Source: a virus. Taken from it: a DNA stretch of 26,706 nt. Of the stretch, positions 26,120 through 26,706 are shown one piece after another. The stretch lies in the UHGV virus genome UHGV-0147372. One strand, 5' to 3'. The translations under genes and the position numbers were made by a program. The number at the start of each line of letters is the position of its first letter. The first letter of the stretch is position 1. The notes beneath the pieces are model-generated. The model saw only the letters and a program-made list of their open reading frames with translations. It ran no database searches and was not told the origin of the DNA.

Positions 26120-26656
26120 CTACCCTGCAACCCTCTCAACCATCCTCAAAATCTCCTCGCGCGATAGCGGCTTACGGTCGGTGACAAAATGCAGCGTCAT
26201 CCCCTCAATAAACGCATCAAGCGCGCGGGCGGTTCCGGGTTCAAACCATTGTTCGAGCGTTTGCTGACTGCGCTGCATCCAGTTTTGCATTACCGTTTTT
26301 AATAGCGGTTTTCGGCTAGCCAGCGCGTAGAGCTGGTACATCAGCTCCATGTTATCCGGCGTTGCAACCTGTGAGCTGTAGATCATATCGGTGATAGCCT
26401 GGCATGCGCCCGGAGCATCACTAACATCGCTAAAAAATGCCTGATATTGCCGGGACATGATCTCAGTAAAACTGCTGAACGCCTCCAGTAACAACTCATC
26501 AATTCCTGAAAAATAGTAGGTCATCGATCCCAACGGTACCCCGGCAAGGGTAGCAATTTTGCGGTGCGTAACAGCATGTATTCCGTAAAGTTTCACCGCC
26601 TCCAGCGTGGCCTGGATAATTTTTTCTCGCCGTTGCGGATCGTTAGCGCGACGCAT
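26120..26656 (-). CDS. TetR-family transcriptional regulator (host gene; possibly RcdA/YbjK-like)
   Basis: Start set to the ATG at 26656 ([35 protein letters not shown]...), which has an SD; TetR HTH pattern; host-like GC content; RcdA identity is an unverified recollection. Confidence 0.8.
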
Positions 26657-26676
26657 GTCATTTCCTCTCTCTGCAA

Positions 26677-26696
26677 TTGTGTACAAATGTACACAA
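26677..26696. promoter_or_regulatory. Perfect palindrome TTGTGTACA-AA-TGTACACAA upstream of the TetR gene; candidate autoregulatory operator
   Basis: 9 bp arms read directly, about 20-40 bp upstream of the start codon. Confidence 0.5.
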
Positions 26697-26706
26697 CCTT
26701 GCTAAT

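Noticed and set aside
1-26706. CRISPR arrays, tRNA or rRNA genes, IS elements
   Set aside because: No regularly spaced direct repeats, no cloverleaf-like tRNA segment at the att junction, and no transposase-like ORF or terminal inverted repeats were seen on either strand

Overview
The window is almost entirely one P2/186-family temperate myovirus prophage (Enterobacterales-like codon usage), running from inside tail-fibre gene H at coordinate 1 to the integrase and an att-type junction near 26.0-26.1 kb, followed by a host TetR-family regulator gene. Gene order is H-I-J-W-V (minus), an inserted plus-strand membrane-protein gene, S-R-lysC/lysB-K-Y-X-L-M-N-O (minus), P-Q (plus), an AT-rich accessory island of about 3.5 kb that contains a candidate cos site, a LexA-boxed DinI-like operon, replication gene A, a TGT-like/Dam pair, TraR-like and small early genes, CII, Apl (all minus), then CI, two AT-rich genes and int (plus). 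The regulatory module is 186-type (CI/Apl/CII plus SOS-controlled DinI-like gene) rather than P2-type. Four accessory loci look like candidate anti-phage or DNA-modification cargo: a TIR-like protein plus membrane protein pair between portal and cos, a small protein plus membrane protein pair on the other side of cos, a RexAB-like cytoplasmic plus polytopic membrane pair co-transcribed with the repressor, and a TGT-fold (DpdA-like) protein coupled to Dam in the replication operon. All homology calls rest on reading the supplied translations against remembered family sequences and motifs; no database search was run, and AT-richness is judged by eye.
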